Source: Candidatus Caenarcanales bacterium (GTDB lineage: Bacteria; Cyanobacteriota; Vampirovibrionia; LMEP-6097). Taken from it: 64,000 bases of DNA. The stretch lies in assembly GCA_947459525.1 (NCBI GenBank), contig CANHDW010000001.1, positions 3,714-67,713 on the forward strand, in the 5' to 3' direction. The translations under genes and the position numbers were made by a program. Positions within the stretch are counted from its first letter, which is position 1. Each line of letters starts with the position of its first letter. Below the pieces are notes generated by a model. That model did no database searches. It was not told where the DNA came from and was given only the letters and a program-made list of their open reading frames with translations. Positions 19,957-29,400 of the stretch are shown here, piece by piece.

Positions 19957-21237
19957 ATGCTTGACATCAAAAAAATTAGACAAAACCCAGATTTAATAAA
20001 AGAATTACTTTCTTTACGAAATCCTCACTATGCAGAGATTCTAAATGAACTGCTAGAAATAGATAAGCAGTATCGAGAAAAACTTATCGAAAAAGAATCT
20101 TTAGAAGCTGAGCGTAACACCCTTAGTAAAACTGTCGGTCAAAAAAAATCTAAAGGTGAAGATGCTGATAGCGAAATAAAATCTTTAAATGATATTAAGG
20201 AAAAACTAAAAATAATTAATGAATTAGAACCTGTTTTAGCTGAAAAACAACAGAAACTTTTATTAGAACTTCCGAATATCCCAAGCCCAGACACACCTTA
20301 CGGCAAAGATGAAAATGATAATAAGCTCATTATGGAGTGGGGAACTAAATCCAGCTTTAACTTTAAACCGTTAGAACATAACGAACTCGGCAACATCAAT
20401 CAAGAACTGGATTTCGAGAGGGGCGTTAAATTAAGTAAAAGTAGATTTACCGTAGTCGCTGGTAAACTAGCTAAATTAGAACGAGCTTTAATTAATTTTA
20501 TGCTCGATAAAGCTACAGAGAATAGTTATGCAGAATATAGTTTACCAGTCATAGTGAACTCTGATTCCCTTTATGGAACTGGTAATTTACCTAAATTCAA
20601 AGATGACCTTTTTAAAATAGAGGGCGAGGAGCTTTATTTAATTCCGACAGCAGAAGTTCCTTTGACTAATCTTCACCGCGATGAAATTCTCAAAGAAGAA
20701 CAGTTACCACTAAGGATGACTGCTTATACACCTTGTTTCAGATCAGAAGCAGGCTCGGCTGGTAAAGATACACGCGGCATCATCAGACAGCACCAGTTTA
20801 ATAAGATAGAACTAGTTATTCTCTGTAAAGAAGAGGATGCTATAAATGAGCATGAGAGACTCACTAGTAACGCTGAGTCTATTCTTCAAGCCCTAGAATT
20901 ACCTTACAGAAAAGTTCAGCTCTGCACTGGAGATTTAGGCTTCAGTGCAAGTAAGTGCTATGACCTAGAAGTCTGGTTTCCTAGCCAAGAAAAATATAGA
21001 GAAATTAGTAGCTGTAGCTGGTTTTCAGATTTTCAAGCAAGAAGAACGCAGATAAGATTTAAGCGTACTGATGAATCAGGTAAATCAAAAAATGAATTCG
21101 TTCATACTATTAATGGTTCTGGACTAGCAGTAGGTAGAACTTTAGCAGCCATTATGGAAAATTATCAGACAGAGGATGGAGAAATCATAATACCTAAGGC
21201 TCTTAAACCCTACATGAAGGAAAGTTCTTTAGTTTAA
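19957..21237 (+). CDS. serS: Serine--tRNA ligase
   Basis: MLDIKKIR, LIPTAEVP, CFRSEAG, RQHQFNKIE, EISSCS, NGSGLAVGR. Confidence 0.98.
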   Translation: MLDIKKIRQNPDLIKELLSLRNPHYAEILNELLEIDKQYREKLIEKESLEAERNTLSKTVGQKKSKGEDADSEIKSLNDIKEKLKIINELEPVLAEKQQKLLLELPNIPSPDTPYGKDENDNKLIMEWGTKSSFNFKPLEHNELGNINQELDFERGVKLSKSRFTVVAGKLAKLERALINFMLDKATENSYAEYSLPVIVNSDSLYGTGNLPKFKDDLFKIEGEELYLIPTAEVPLTNLHRDEILKEEQLPLRMTAYTPCFRSEAGSAGKDTRGIIRQHQFNKIELVILCKEEDAINEHERLTSNAESILQALELPYRKVQLCTGDLGFSASKCYDLEVWFPSQEKYREISSCSWFSDFQARRTQIRFKRTDESGKSKNEFVHTINGSGLAVGRTLAAIMENYQTEDGEIIIPKALKPYMKESSLV

Positions 21238-21312
21238 ACTTCATTAACAAAAAATCTAAATCTAACAGGATTCTTAATTTCTTGTTAATATTTAAAGTGT
21301 ATTTATATTAAT

Positions 21313-21483
21313 ATGATGAACGGTGGAACTGACATTTTAGATTTAGATGAAGTAATGGAAGTAGTTCTTGTAAATGCACAAGAGAGATCAGAAGAACCTA
21401 TAAGTTTCTGGAAAAAAATAGGTGAAGATTCTTCTGATAAGGAGATACGTACTAGCAGATACTTAGAGTCAAAGCCCCACTGA
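21313..21483 (+). CDS. Small acidic hypothetical protein (56 aa), not in the ORF track
   Basis: MMNGGTDILDLDEVMEVVLVNAQERSEEPISFWKKIGEDSSDKEIRTSRYLESKPH*; fills the serS-argF gap on the same strand. Confidence 0.5.
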   Translation: MMNGGTDILDLDEVMEVVLVNAQERSEEPISFWKKIGEDSSDKEIRTSRYLESKPH

Positions 21484-21497
21484 AAGCAACTAGGCAA

Positions 21498-21540
21498 TGT
21501 TGCCGACGAAAACGCAGAAATTGGAATTCGGCAACAGCGC
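21498..21540. repeat. Short palindromic element copy (hairpin)
   Basis: 9-bp stem TGTTGCCGA/TCGGCAACA; its reverse complement shares AATTTCTGCGTTTTC with 38599-38613. Confidence 0.75.
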
Positions 21541-21563
21541 GAACTACTGATATAATTAGCCTC

Positions 21564-22460
21564 ATGCCTAAACACTATTTGAGCGTAAACGATCTCAGCA
21601 AAGATGATTTATACAATTTATTAAACCACTCAGCAGAATTAAAGGCAGAATTAAAAGCAGGCCATGATCATTCTCATTTACTTAAAGGTAAATCAGTTGG
21701 CATGATTTTTGAAAAACCTAGCCTTAGAACCAGAATTAGCTTTGAAGTCGGTATTAACCAGCTAGGAGCACACCCTGTACTTCTTAATGCTCAAGAAATT
21801 ATGATCAGTGGCAGAGAAAGCCGTTATGATGTAGCTAGAGTTATGTCACAGTACTTAGACATGCTGATGATAAGAACCTTTGGGCATGACATAGTCGAAG
21901 AAATCGCGGAACACAGCTCTATTCCAGTAATTAACGGATTAACAGACTTAGAACATCCTTGTCAGACCCTTGCAGACTTACTTACAGTTAGAGAACACTA
22001 CGGGACATTAGATAATCTTAAAATAGCTTATATCGGAGATGGTAATAACACCGCTAGAAGCCTTATGCTAGCCTGCACTAAGCTTGGTGTAAAAATCTCT
22101 ATAGCTTGTCCTCTTGGTTATGAACCGGGAAAAGCTTATGAATCAGAATTCACTCATGTCTGTCACGGCGTTGGTGAAGCAGCTAAAGACGCAGATGTTA
22201 TCTACACTGATGTCTGGTCTAGCATGGGTCAGGAAAAAGAAGCACAGCTTCGTAAAGAGCGTTTCGCTGGATATCAAGTAAACACTGCTCTACTGCAAGA
22301 TTTTGCTAAACCTACAGCCATAGTCTTGCACTGCCTTCCAGCTCATAGAGGTGAGGAAATTACGGCAGAAGCTCTTAAAAACCATGAATCTACTATTTTA
22401 AGACAGGCTGAAAACCGCTTGCACACACAGAAAGCGATTATGTTATCACTCAGAAACTGA
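21564..22460 (+). CDS. argF: Ornithine carbamoyltransferase
   Basis: FEKPSLRTR, HPCQTLAD, GDGNN, DVWSSMG, HCLPAHRGEE. Confidence 0.96.
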   Translation: MPKHYLSVNDLSKDDLYNLLNHSAELKAELKAGHDHSHLLKGKSVGMIFEKPSLRTRISFEVGINQLGAHPVLLNAQEIMISGRESRYDVARVMSQYLDMLMIRTFGHDIVEEIAEHSSIPVINGLTDLEHPCQTLADLLTVREHYGTLDNLKIAYIGDGNNTARSLMLACTKLGVKISIACPLGYEPGKAYESEFTHVCHGVGEAAKDADVIYTDVWSSMGQEKEAQLRKERFAGYQVNTALLQDFAKPTAIVLHCLPAHRGEEITAEALKNHESTILRQAENRLHTQKAIMLSLRN

Positions 22461-22475
22461 GACCGCTTGCAATAA

Positions 22476-23432
22476 TTAATCTCTACGTTTTATGTCTATC
22501 TGGCTTTCAGGTGCTAAATCTAAAACTGTGAGCTTAGTATTTTTATCTAAAGAAGCTTTTATATCTACATTTGAATTGTTCGCTAAAAGAATAATATTAG
22601 ATTTACTTACAGAAAGATTTACACCAAGAACATAAGTAAAAATTGAAAATTTATCACCATTCACCATCTCAACACTAATAGAACTGTTACTTGGCAAAAA
22701 CTCCATGTAGACTTCATTTAAATCATTCTGCATAATTATGTTTAAACTTAATGCTGATTTTAGAAGACCACCACTAAGATACACTTGAGCTCCCTCTGCG
22801 CCTAAAATCATTTCCCGAACATCAAGCAGATCATTATGATCTATAGCAAATCTGCCTTCTTCATTTAGAAAAAAGATCTCATCTAATTTCTCCGGAAAGA
22901 GTTTAAAAGATTTGGTGCTTAAATTCACATCAATCAATTTCAGGTCATACTCTTCTGCAAATTCCTTGATTTTATCTACATTATTTTTTGCAATAGAACG
23001 AGTGTGAGGCGAATAAGGATGCTTGCGAAAAGTTTCTAAATTGAGCTTAAGCGACTTATTTAAACGAACAGCTAAGATATTTGCTAAGACTGTTTCTGGC
23101 AAAGTCTTTATCGATTCTTTAACTTTCTCAAGATTAATAATCTGATCTTCATTACCGTCTAATTTATCTAATAAAAACTCAAGATCAATAATAAGATTCT
23201 GGGAATATTTATTATCTTGCATCAGACCATCCCAAAAGCTAACAGCTTCTTTATAATCCCTATCGTAAATTCCAAGATGTATTTTCCCATCAGGTTTTTC
23301 TAAAACCATTTTTGTCGATATCTGCTTAAAAGGAAATTTCTCCTCGGCTTTCTCATCCCATGCTTGAGAATCAGCTCGCTCAGCAATTTCGATTAAATTT
23401 TCAAATATAGATTTAACCGACTTAAAATTCAT
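22476..23432 (-). CDS. Hypothetical protein
   Basis: 318-aa ORF with no recognisable family; beta-rich C-terminus. Confidence 0.7.
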   Translation of the reverse strand: MNFKSVKSIFENLIEIAERADSQAWDEKAEEKFPFKQISTKMVLEKPDGKIHLGIYDRDYKEAVSFWDGLMQDNKYSQNLIIDLEFLLDKLDGNEDQIINLEKVKESIKTLPETVLANILAVRLNKSLKLNLETFRKHPYSPHTRSIAKNNVDKIKEFAEEYDLKLIDVNLSTKSFKLFPEKLDEIFFLNEEGRFAIDHNDLLDVREMILGAEGAQVYLSGGLLKSALSLNIIMQNDLNEVYMEFLPSNSSISVEMVNGDKFSIFTYVLGVNLSVSKSNIILLANNSNVDIKASLDKNTKLTVLDLAPESQIDIKRRD

Positions 23433-23584
23433 AAATACAACATCGGCATTGAAAATTAAGCATAGTTTAAGGAAATAGTGAAATTAGCCATTCTCTAACA
23501 AATTTTGACAGTCCGTAATGAAAAACAAAGTTTTTTATTACTTCCTTAAATCATCCATACCAGGGATGTTAAAATCATAATCTT

Positions 23585-25243
23585 ATGCTTCTTCAGGCTA
23601 CAGATCTTACTGTTAATTTCGGCACTCACCAAGTTCTGAGCGGAGTAAACCTGAGAATTACCAACCAAAGCAGAATTGGGCTTATCGGCGTCAATGGTGC
23701 TGGTAAATCTACCTTACTCAAATGCCTCACCCAAGAAATGATTCCGCAACAAGGCAGCGTAACTATCTCTCCACACGTTCATATACAGTGCCTTACTCAA
23801 AACCCGGAGCTAACAGCTACTAATACCCTTAAAGAAGAGCTTTATGGAGTATTTACCGAAATTATGGCATTCAAAGAAGAAGAAGCTGAGATATTAAATA
23901 AACTAGAGAATCTCTCAGGTGAAGAATTTGATGAAGCAATACTCAGATTAGGTTTCTTGCAAGAAAGACTAGAACACTTAGATGTCGGACGCATAGATGA
24001 AAAGATAGGTCGAATGATAACTGGCTTAGGATTCACTCTAGAAGAGCTAGATAGACCAGTAGGAAAATTCAGTGGTGGCTGGCAAATGCGTATTAATTTA
24101 GCCAAAGTACTTTTACAAGAAGCAGATGTAATATTAATGGACGAGCCGACTAACCACTTAGATATGGCTGCCTGTGAGTGGCTTGAAGATTTTTTAAAAA
24201 ATTATCCTAAGGGTATACTCGTCGTTTCCCACGATAGAAGATTCCTAGATGAAGTCGTTACAGAGATAGCTGAATTAGAGAGAGGTGAGCTTACCATGTA
24301 TTCAGCGAACTACACTCAGTATCTAGAACAGCGTGAAGCTAACCGTGAAAGGCAGGCCGCCGCAGCTGAAAGGCAGAGAAAAAGCTTAGAAGAACAAAGA
24401 GCTTTTGTAGACAGGTTCAGAGCAAGTGCGACAAAAAGCACACAGGCAAAGAGTCGTGAAAAACAGCTGGCTAAAATCGAAATTATAGAAGCCCCTAAAG
24501 GTGAACTTAAAAAATTATTCTTTAAATTTCCACTCCCAAATCCAAGTGGTAGAGAAGTTTTAAAAATCAGCAACCTTGCTAAAGCCTTTGGTGATCACAA
24601 ATTATTCTCCAAAGTAAACGCAGACATAGAGTGGAGCAAAGAAGAACCTCAGCGTATTTTCATATTAGGAGAAAATGGCTGCGGGAAAACCACTTTATTT
24701 AAAATATTAATGGGCTTAGAAGCACCTACTGAAGGCTCTATCTCATTTGAAGAAAGAGTTATCCTAGGTTACTATGCACAGCATCAGCTTCAGATATTAG
24801 ACCCAGAAAAAACAGTACTAGAAACATTAGAAGAAGCCATGCCACCGACACAGCGTGGAGAGATTAGAAGCATACTAGGACGCTTTCTCTTTAGTAACGA
24901 TCAGGTATTTAAGAAAGTAGGTCTTATTAGTGGTGGTGAAAAAGGTAGATTAGCGATGGCTAAATTAATGGTGACAGGTCCGAACACCTTATTACTCGAT
25001 GAACCCACTAACCACTTAGATATGCCATCTCAAGAAGCGGTAGAGAACGCTCTATCAAGCTATGAAGGAACTGCTATTTGCATATCGCATGATAGATATT
25101 TTATTAATAACCATGCTACACAAATCTGGGAATTCAATAATGGCAGAATGATAGTCTTCAAAGGCTCTTATGCAGATTACCTTAAAAAGAGAAAAGCCCT
25201 GATCGAAGAATCTCGCCTAAAAGCTGAAAAAAATAAGGCTTAA
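23585..25243 (+). CDS. ABC-F family ATPase (ribosome-associated)
   Basis: Two ABC domains (GVNGAGKST/FSGGWQMR/DEPTNHLD and GENGCGKTT/SGGEK/DEPTNHLD), no TM segments. Confidence 0.93.
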   Translation: MLLQATDLTVNFGTHQVLSGVNLRITNQSRIGLIGVNGAGKSTLLKCLTQEMIPQQGSVTISPHVHIQCLTQNPELTATNTLKEELYGVFTEIMAFKEEEAEILNKLENLSGEEFDEAILRLGFLQERLEHLDVGRIDEKIGRMITGLGFTLEELDRPVGKFSGGWQMRINLAKVLLQEADVILMDEPTNHLDMAACEWLEDFLKNYPKGILVVSHDRRFLDEVVTEIAELERGELTMYSANYTQYLEQREANRERQAAAAERQRKSLEEQRAFVDRFRASATKSTQAKSREKQLAKIEIIEAPKGELKKLFFKFPLPNPSGREVLKISNLAKAFGDHKLFSKVNADIEWSKEEPQRIFILGENGCGKTTLFKILMGLEAPTEGSISFEERVILGYYAQHQLQILDPEKTVLETLEEAMPPTQRGEIRSILGRFLFSNDQVFKKVGLISGGEKGRLAMAKLMVTGPNTLLLDEPTNHLDMPSQEAVENALSSYEGTAICISHDRYFINNHATQIWEFNNGRMIVFKGSYADYLKKRKALIEESRLKAEKNKA

Positions 25244-25265
25244 CAGAAAAAGTAGAAATTTAAAA

Positions 25266-26435
25266 ATGCTCATTACTGAAGAAAACCTTATTTTATCAGC
25301 AGAAAAAGAACTAAAAGAAACTTGGGAAAAATTCGAAGAAATTCGTAATCATAACCAAATAAAAGTTTTAAAAGCATTCCAAGCAGTAGGTATTCAGAAT
25401 GTACACTATGGGTGGGTAACTGGTTATGGCTATGATGATCTTGGTAAAGATAAACTAGATGAGCTTTTCGCCACATGCTTCAACACAGAAGCTGCGATAG
25501 TCAGAAACCAATTAGTATCGGGTACTCACGCTATTAGCTGTGCTGTATTAGGGAATCTCTCATCTGGAGATGAACTGGTGGCTGTTACGGGTAAGCCCTA
25601 CGATACCTTAAATAGTGTGTTTCAGAGTTTTCAAAAAAAATATAAAATCAAATATCTAGAAGGTAAGGACAAATTATCTACTAGCACCAAAGTCGCTCTG
25701 ATACAGAGATCTAGGGGTTATGAATGGCGAGACAGTTACACCTTAACTCATATTAAAACCCTTATTCAAGAAATAAGATTAAAGTCTCCTTCAGCCGTTA
25801 TTTTCGTAGATAACTGCTATGGTGAATTCACTCAGAAATTAGAGCCTACTGATATCGGTGCTGATATTATGGCTGGCTCTTTAATTAAAAACCCTGGTGG
25901 CGGCATAGTTGCAGCTGGTGCTTATATAGCTGGCAAAAAATCATGCGTAGAAGCCGCGGCTGATGTATTAACAGCTCCTGGAATTGGCATTCACGGTGGC
26001 TGTAACTTTGACCAAAATAGACTAATGTTACAAGGTTTTTTTCTTGCACCATCAGTAGTCTGTGAAGCATTAAAGGGTATGAGTCTTGCAGCTAAAGTTT
26101 TCTCAGACGCAGGATTAGAGACCATCCCTGCATACTCTGCTGACCGTAATGATGTAATACAAGCCATAAAATTTAATGATCCAGAAAAATTAATTAAATT
26201 CTGTGAATTAGTACAGAAAAATAGTCCAGTAAATTCCATGTTCAGCCCAATTCCAGCTGATATCTCAGGATACCCCGATCAAGTCATTATGGCATCTGGC
26301 TCTTTTGTAGAAGGTTCCAGCATAGAGCTTTCCGTAGATGGTCCCATGCGCCCGCCTTATATAGCGTATTTCCAAGGAGGACTTAGCTACGCACATACAC
26401 GCTATGTTATTAGCGAAATATTAAAACACTTTTAA
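25266..26435 (+). CDS. YnbB/aluminium-resistance family PLP-dependent protein (cystathionine/methionine lyase-like)
   Basis: TGYGYDDLG, VSGTHAI, IQRSRGY, DNCYGEF, GSLIKNPGGG, GSSIELS. Confidence 0.9.
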   Translation: MLITEENLILSAEKELKETWEKFEEIRNHNQIKVLKAFQAVGIQNVHYGWVTGYGYDDLGKDKLDELFATCFNTEAAIVRNQLVSGTHAISCAVLGNLSSGDELVAVTGKPYDTLNSVFQSFQKKYKIKYLEGKDKLSTSTKVALIQRSRGYEWRDSYTLTHIKTLIQEIRLKSPSAVIFVDNCYGEFTQKLEPTDIGADIMAGSLIKNPGGGIVAAGAYIAGKKSCVEAAADVLTAPGIGIHGGCNFDQNRLMLQGFFLAPSVVCEALKGMSLAAKVFSDAGLETIPAYSADRNDVIQAIKFNDPEKLIKFCELVQKNSPVNSMFSPIPADISGYPDQVIMASGSFVEGSSIELSVDGPMRPPYIAYFQGGLSYAHTRYVISEILKHF

Positions 26436-29400
26436 TGCTGACTGGTTAGCTAAAATTTCATTGATCTGCCTTTCAATATAAGGATCTTTTTCAGTAATAT
26501 TAGTTATAGAATTTAAACTATTTTCAATCGCTTGAATAAAATTTTCGATATCATTTCTCTTAGTTTTAAAGAGTTCAAGCTTTCTTTGATCTAATTTATC
26601 ACCCTTAGATAATTCTTCTAGGATCAGTGTCGTATAAGAATCCAACCTAGACTGGTAATCACTAAGGATCTTTTGTTGACGATCTTGCTTATTCTCAAAC
26701 TGCTTTAATGGTGCACTGCGTAAAGCCTCTATCATATTATTAACAATAAATAGACTAGTCGCTTGAGAAGCTTCAACATTAACACCTAAAAATTTACCAA
26801 GATTAGAAATTTTTTGAACCGAAGATTGAAATTCAATATCATGAAGTCCACTCTTTGGATCCACAGCGATTCTCTCTAACTGATTGTTCTGTTTAAAATT
26901 CTGTAAACCTTCTAAAGCTTCGCCTGATTGAAGGATTTCAGAAAGTTCCAGAGCGACCCTCTTGTCTATTTTATAATCTCGAATTAAGCTAAAACTCAAG
27001 CCTAAAATCTCTAAACTGTCATTAGAATTATTAGCAGCGGCCTTCATCTGCTCAGCAAGCTTCTCTTGCAAGCCTATGTTTAGTGAAGAAACTGTTAGCT
27101 GAGTATTTTGTAAAAGATCCAAAACAGGGTTTGCAATATTAGTACTAGCTAATTCAGCGTAAGCGACTGCTATTCCCAAAGATAATTTAGAATCTAAAAG
27201 ATAACGCAAGAATTGTCTCTCTTGCTTAGAATCTAAATCAAGCTCAAATCCACTATCCATAGCATTAGTCTTTGAGACCGAGCCTTGCTTAGCAAAATGA
27301 AGAAGAATTTTTGTAAATAAAAGATCTTCATGTAACTTATCGTCAGCGTCTACAAGATAATCAAAAAATCTATTTTGATTAGCCAGACTTAGATCTGCCA
27401 CTGAATATTTACTTTTCTCCAAAAAGTCATACTTATCAGAACCAGCCTCAAAAGTAAATAAATCTAAATAAGCCTTAGCAAAATCAGCGGACAATTTAGT
27501 ATCGGCTAAGTAACTAAAGAACTGTGTTTCTCCATTCACGCCTAAACCCAAACCACGACTACTTTCCAATACTGTAATCTTTTCAGAATCACCATTTTGA
27601 ATAAAATTAGATAAATTAGTGACATAAAGTATATCTAAGTCAGTTTTATTTTCCTTATCAACTAAATATTCCGACAAAGTCTTTTGAAATTTTTTATCAT
27701 AAGAGCTTATTAAATACTTGTTATCCTCTAAATAAATCAATTTCTCAGACTCTGATCCTAGATTTATTAAATCCACATAGGTAGAAGTTAGGTCAGCAGA
27801 AACTTTATTATCCATGATGTAGTTCAAAAGCTGCTTCTCTTGGGTTTCACTCCAAGATAATAATGAAGTTTCTTCCAAAATACTCAATTTAGAGAGTAGA
27901 GAAAATGTTTCAGGCTGCTTTTGATTAATTACAGCATTCTCGTCAGCCAAATAATTCAAAACTTTAGTTTGAACAGTAGCACTAAGTAAACTAATCGCAT
28001 ATTTATTATTATCAATAAAATCTAATTTTTCATTACTCGCTTGAGAATTAAGTAGAGTTAAATATGTTTCAGTAAAATCCAAAGAAACTTTATTATCTAA
28101 AAAATAATTGAAAAATTTCATTTCCTGTTCCTTAGTTAAATCTAAGTTACGTGCTCTTGATAAAACATCTAAACGTTCATTATCTTGTTGCGTTAATAAA
28201 ATTCTTATAGTATCAGTAAAAACAGTATCATTCTCTGTTAAATTATCTAGGTCCAATAAATAATTTAATACTTTTCCTTGTGTAACTGTATCAGAAGAAC
28301 TAATTAAGTATTTATTTTCAGATAAATATTTGAGTTTTTCATCATCAGCACCAGAGCTTATGATATCAAGGAATGAACCTATTAAATTAACTGAAACATT
28401 ACGATCAGATAAATAAGATAAAAATTGCTGTTCTTGTTCAGCGCTAAATTCAGTTTTACGATTTTGTTCTAAAATATTTAGCTTAGTCAAATCACCACGC
28501 CTAGCTAATCTTAGATATGTTTTAGCAAAAGAAACATCATCATCAGTAAAATTTGCAGAATCAGTAACGTAATCAAAGACTTTCTGTTGAAAATCTTTAC
28601 CAATTTCTGAAATTTTAAATTTATTTTCAGCAAGAAACCTAAGTTTATCCGAATCAGCATTAGACTTAACTAAATTCATGTAAGTTTTAGCAAAATCTAC
28701 TGAAACATCTTTCTCAACTAAAGCCGCTCTCCACTCATTTCTAGTTTCAATATCCATCTCCACTAAATTACCTTGAATTAAAAGATCTAATTTAGCTTTA
28801 TCTCCCTGTTTCAATAAAGTATTAAAAACACTAGCAAAAGAAAGACTAACTCCAGAACGGTTCACAGATAAGGATTTTAATAATTGGTCTATCTGCACTT
28901 TATTAGTAGTATCTGTCATCGCTAAATACTCTAAAAATAAACCTTCTTTTTCATTCCCCAAAGAACGTTTTCGTACTAAATCTAATATCTCTATACCTTT
29001 TTCATCAGCACTTTTCATAAAAGTAATTAACTTATTCGTAAAACCAATATCATTTACCGTTACTTCATCAGAATCTTTTAAATAATCTATGATTTTCTGT
29101 TGCTTAGCCACACCTAAACTAGAGATGACGTATTTATTAGCCTCTAAAAAATTAATTTTATTCTCATCAGCACCGCATTGAACTAAAACTAGGTAAGCGT
29201 CTGCTACTGTACTAGAAACAGCAGCGTCATTAATATACTCAAGGAATTTATCTTCTTGATCTAAATTTAATTCAATATCACGTCCTTTATCTAAAAGTTT
29301 TACACCCTGATCATCACCAAGTTCTAAGAGATGAAGTAATTTCTCCGCGAAAGAGAGATCTGAATTTGTCAATTTTCTAGAATCTTGTAAAAAATCAAAT

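Noticed and set aside
23440..23470. GCCGATGT upstream of the 318-aa hypothetical gene as a sigma-28 promoter
   Set aside because: TAAA is 18 nt away rather than about 15; the -35 is unsupported
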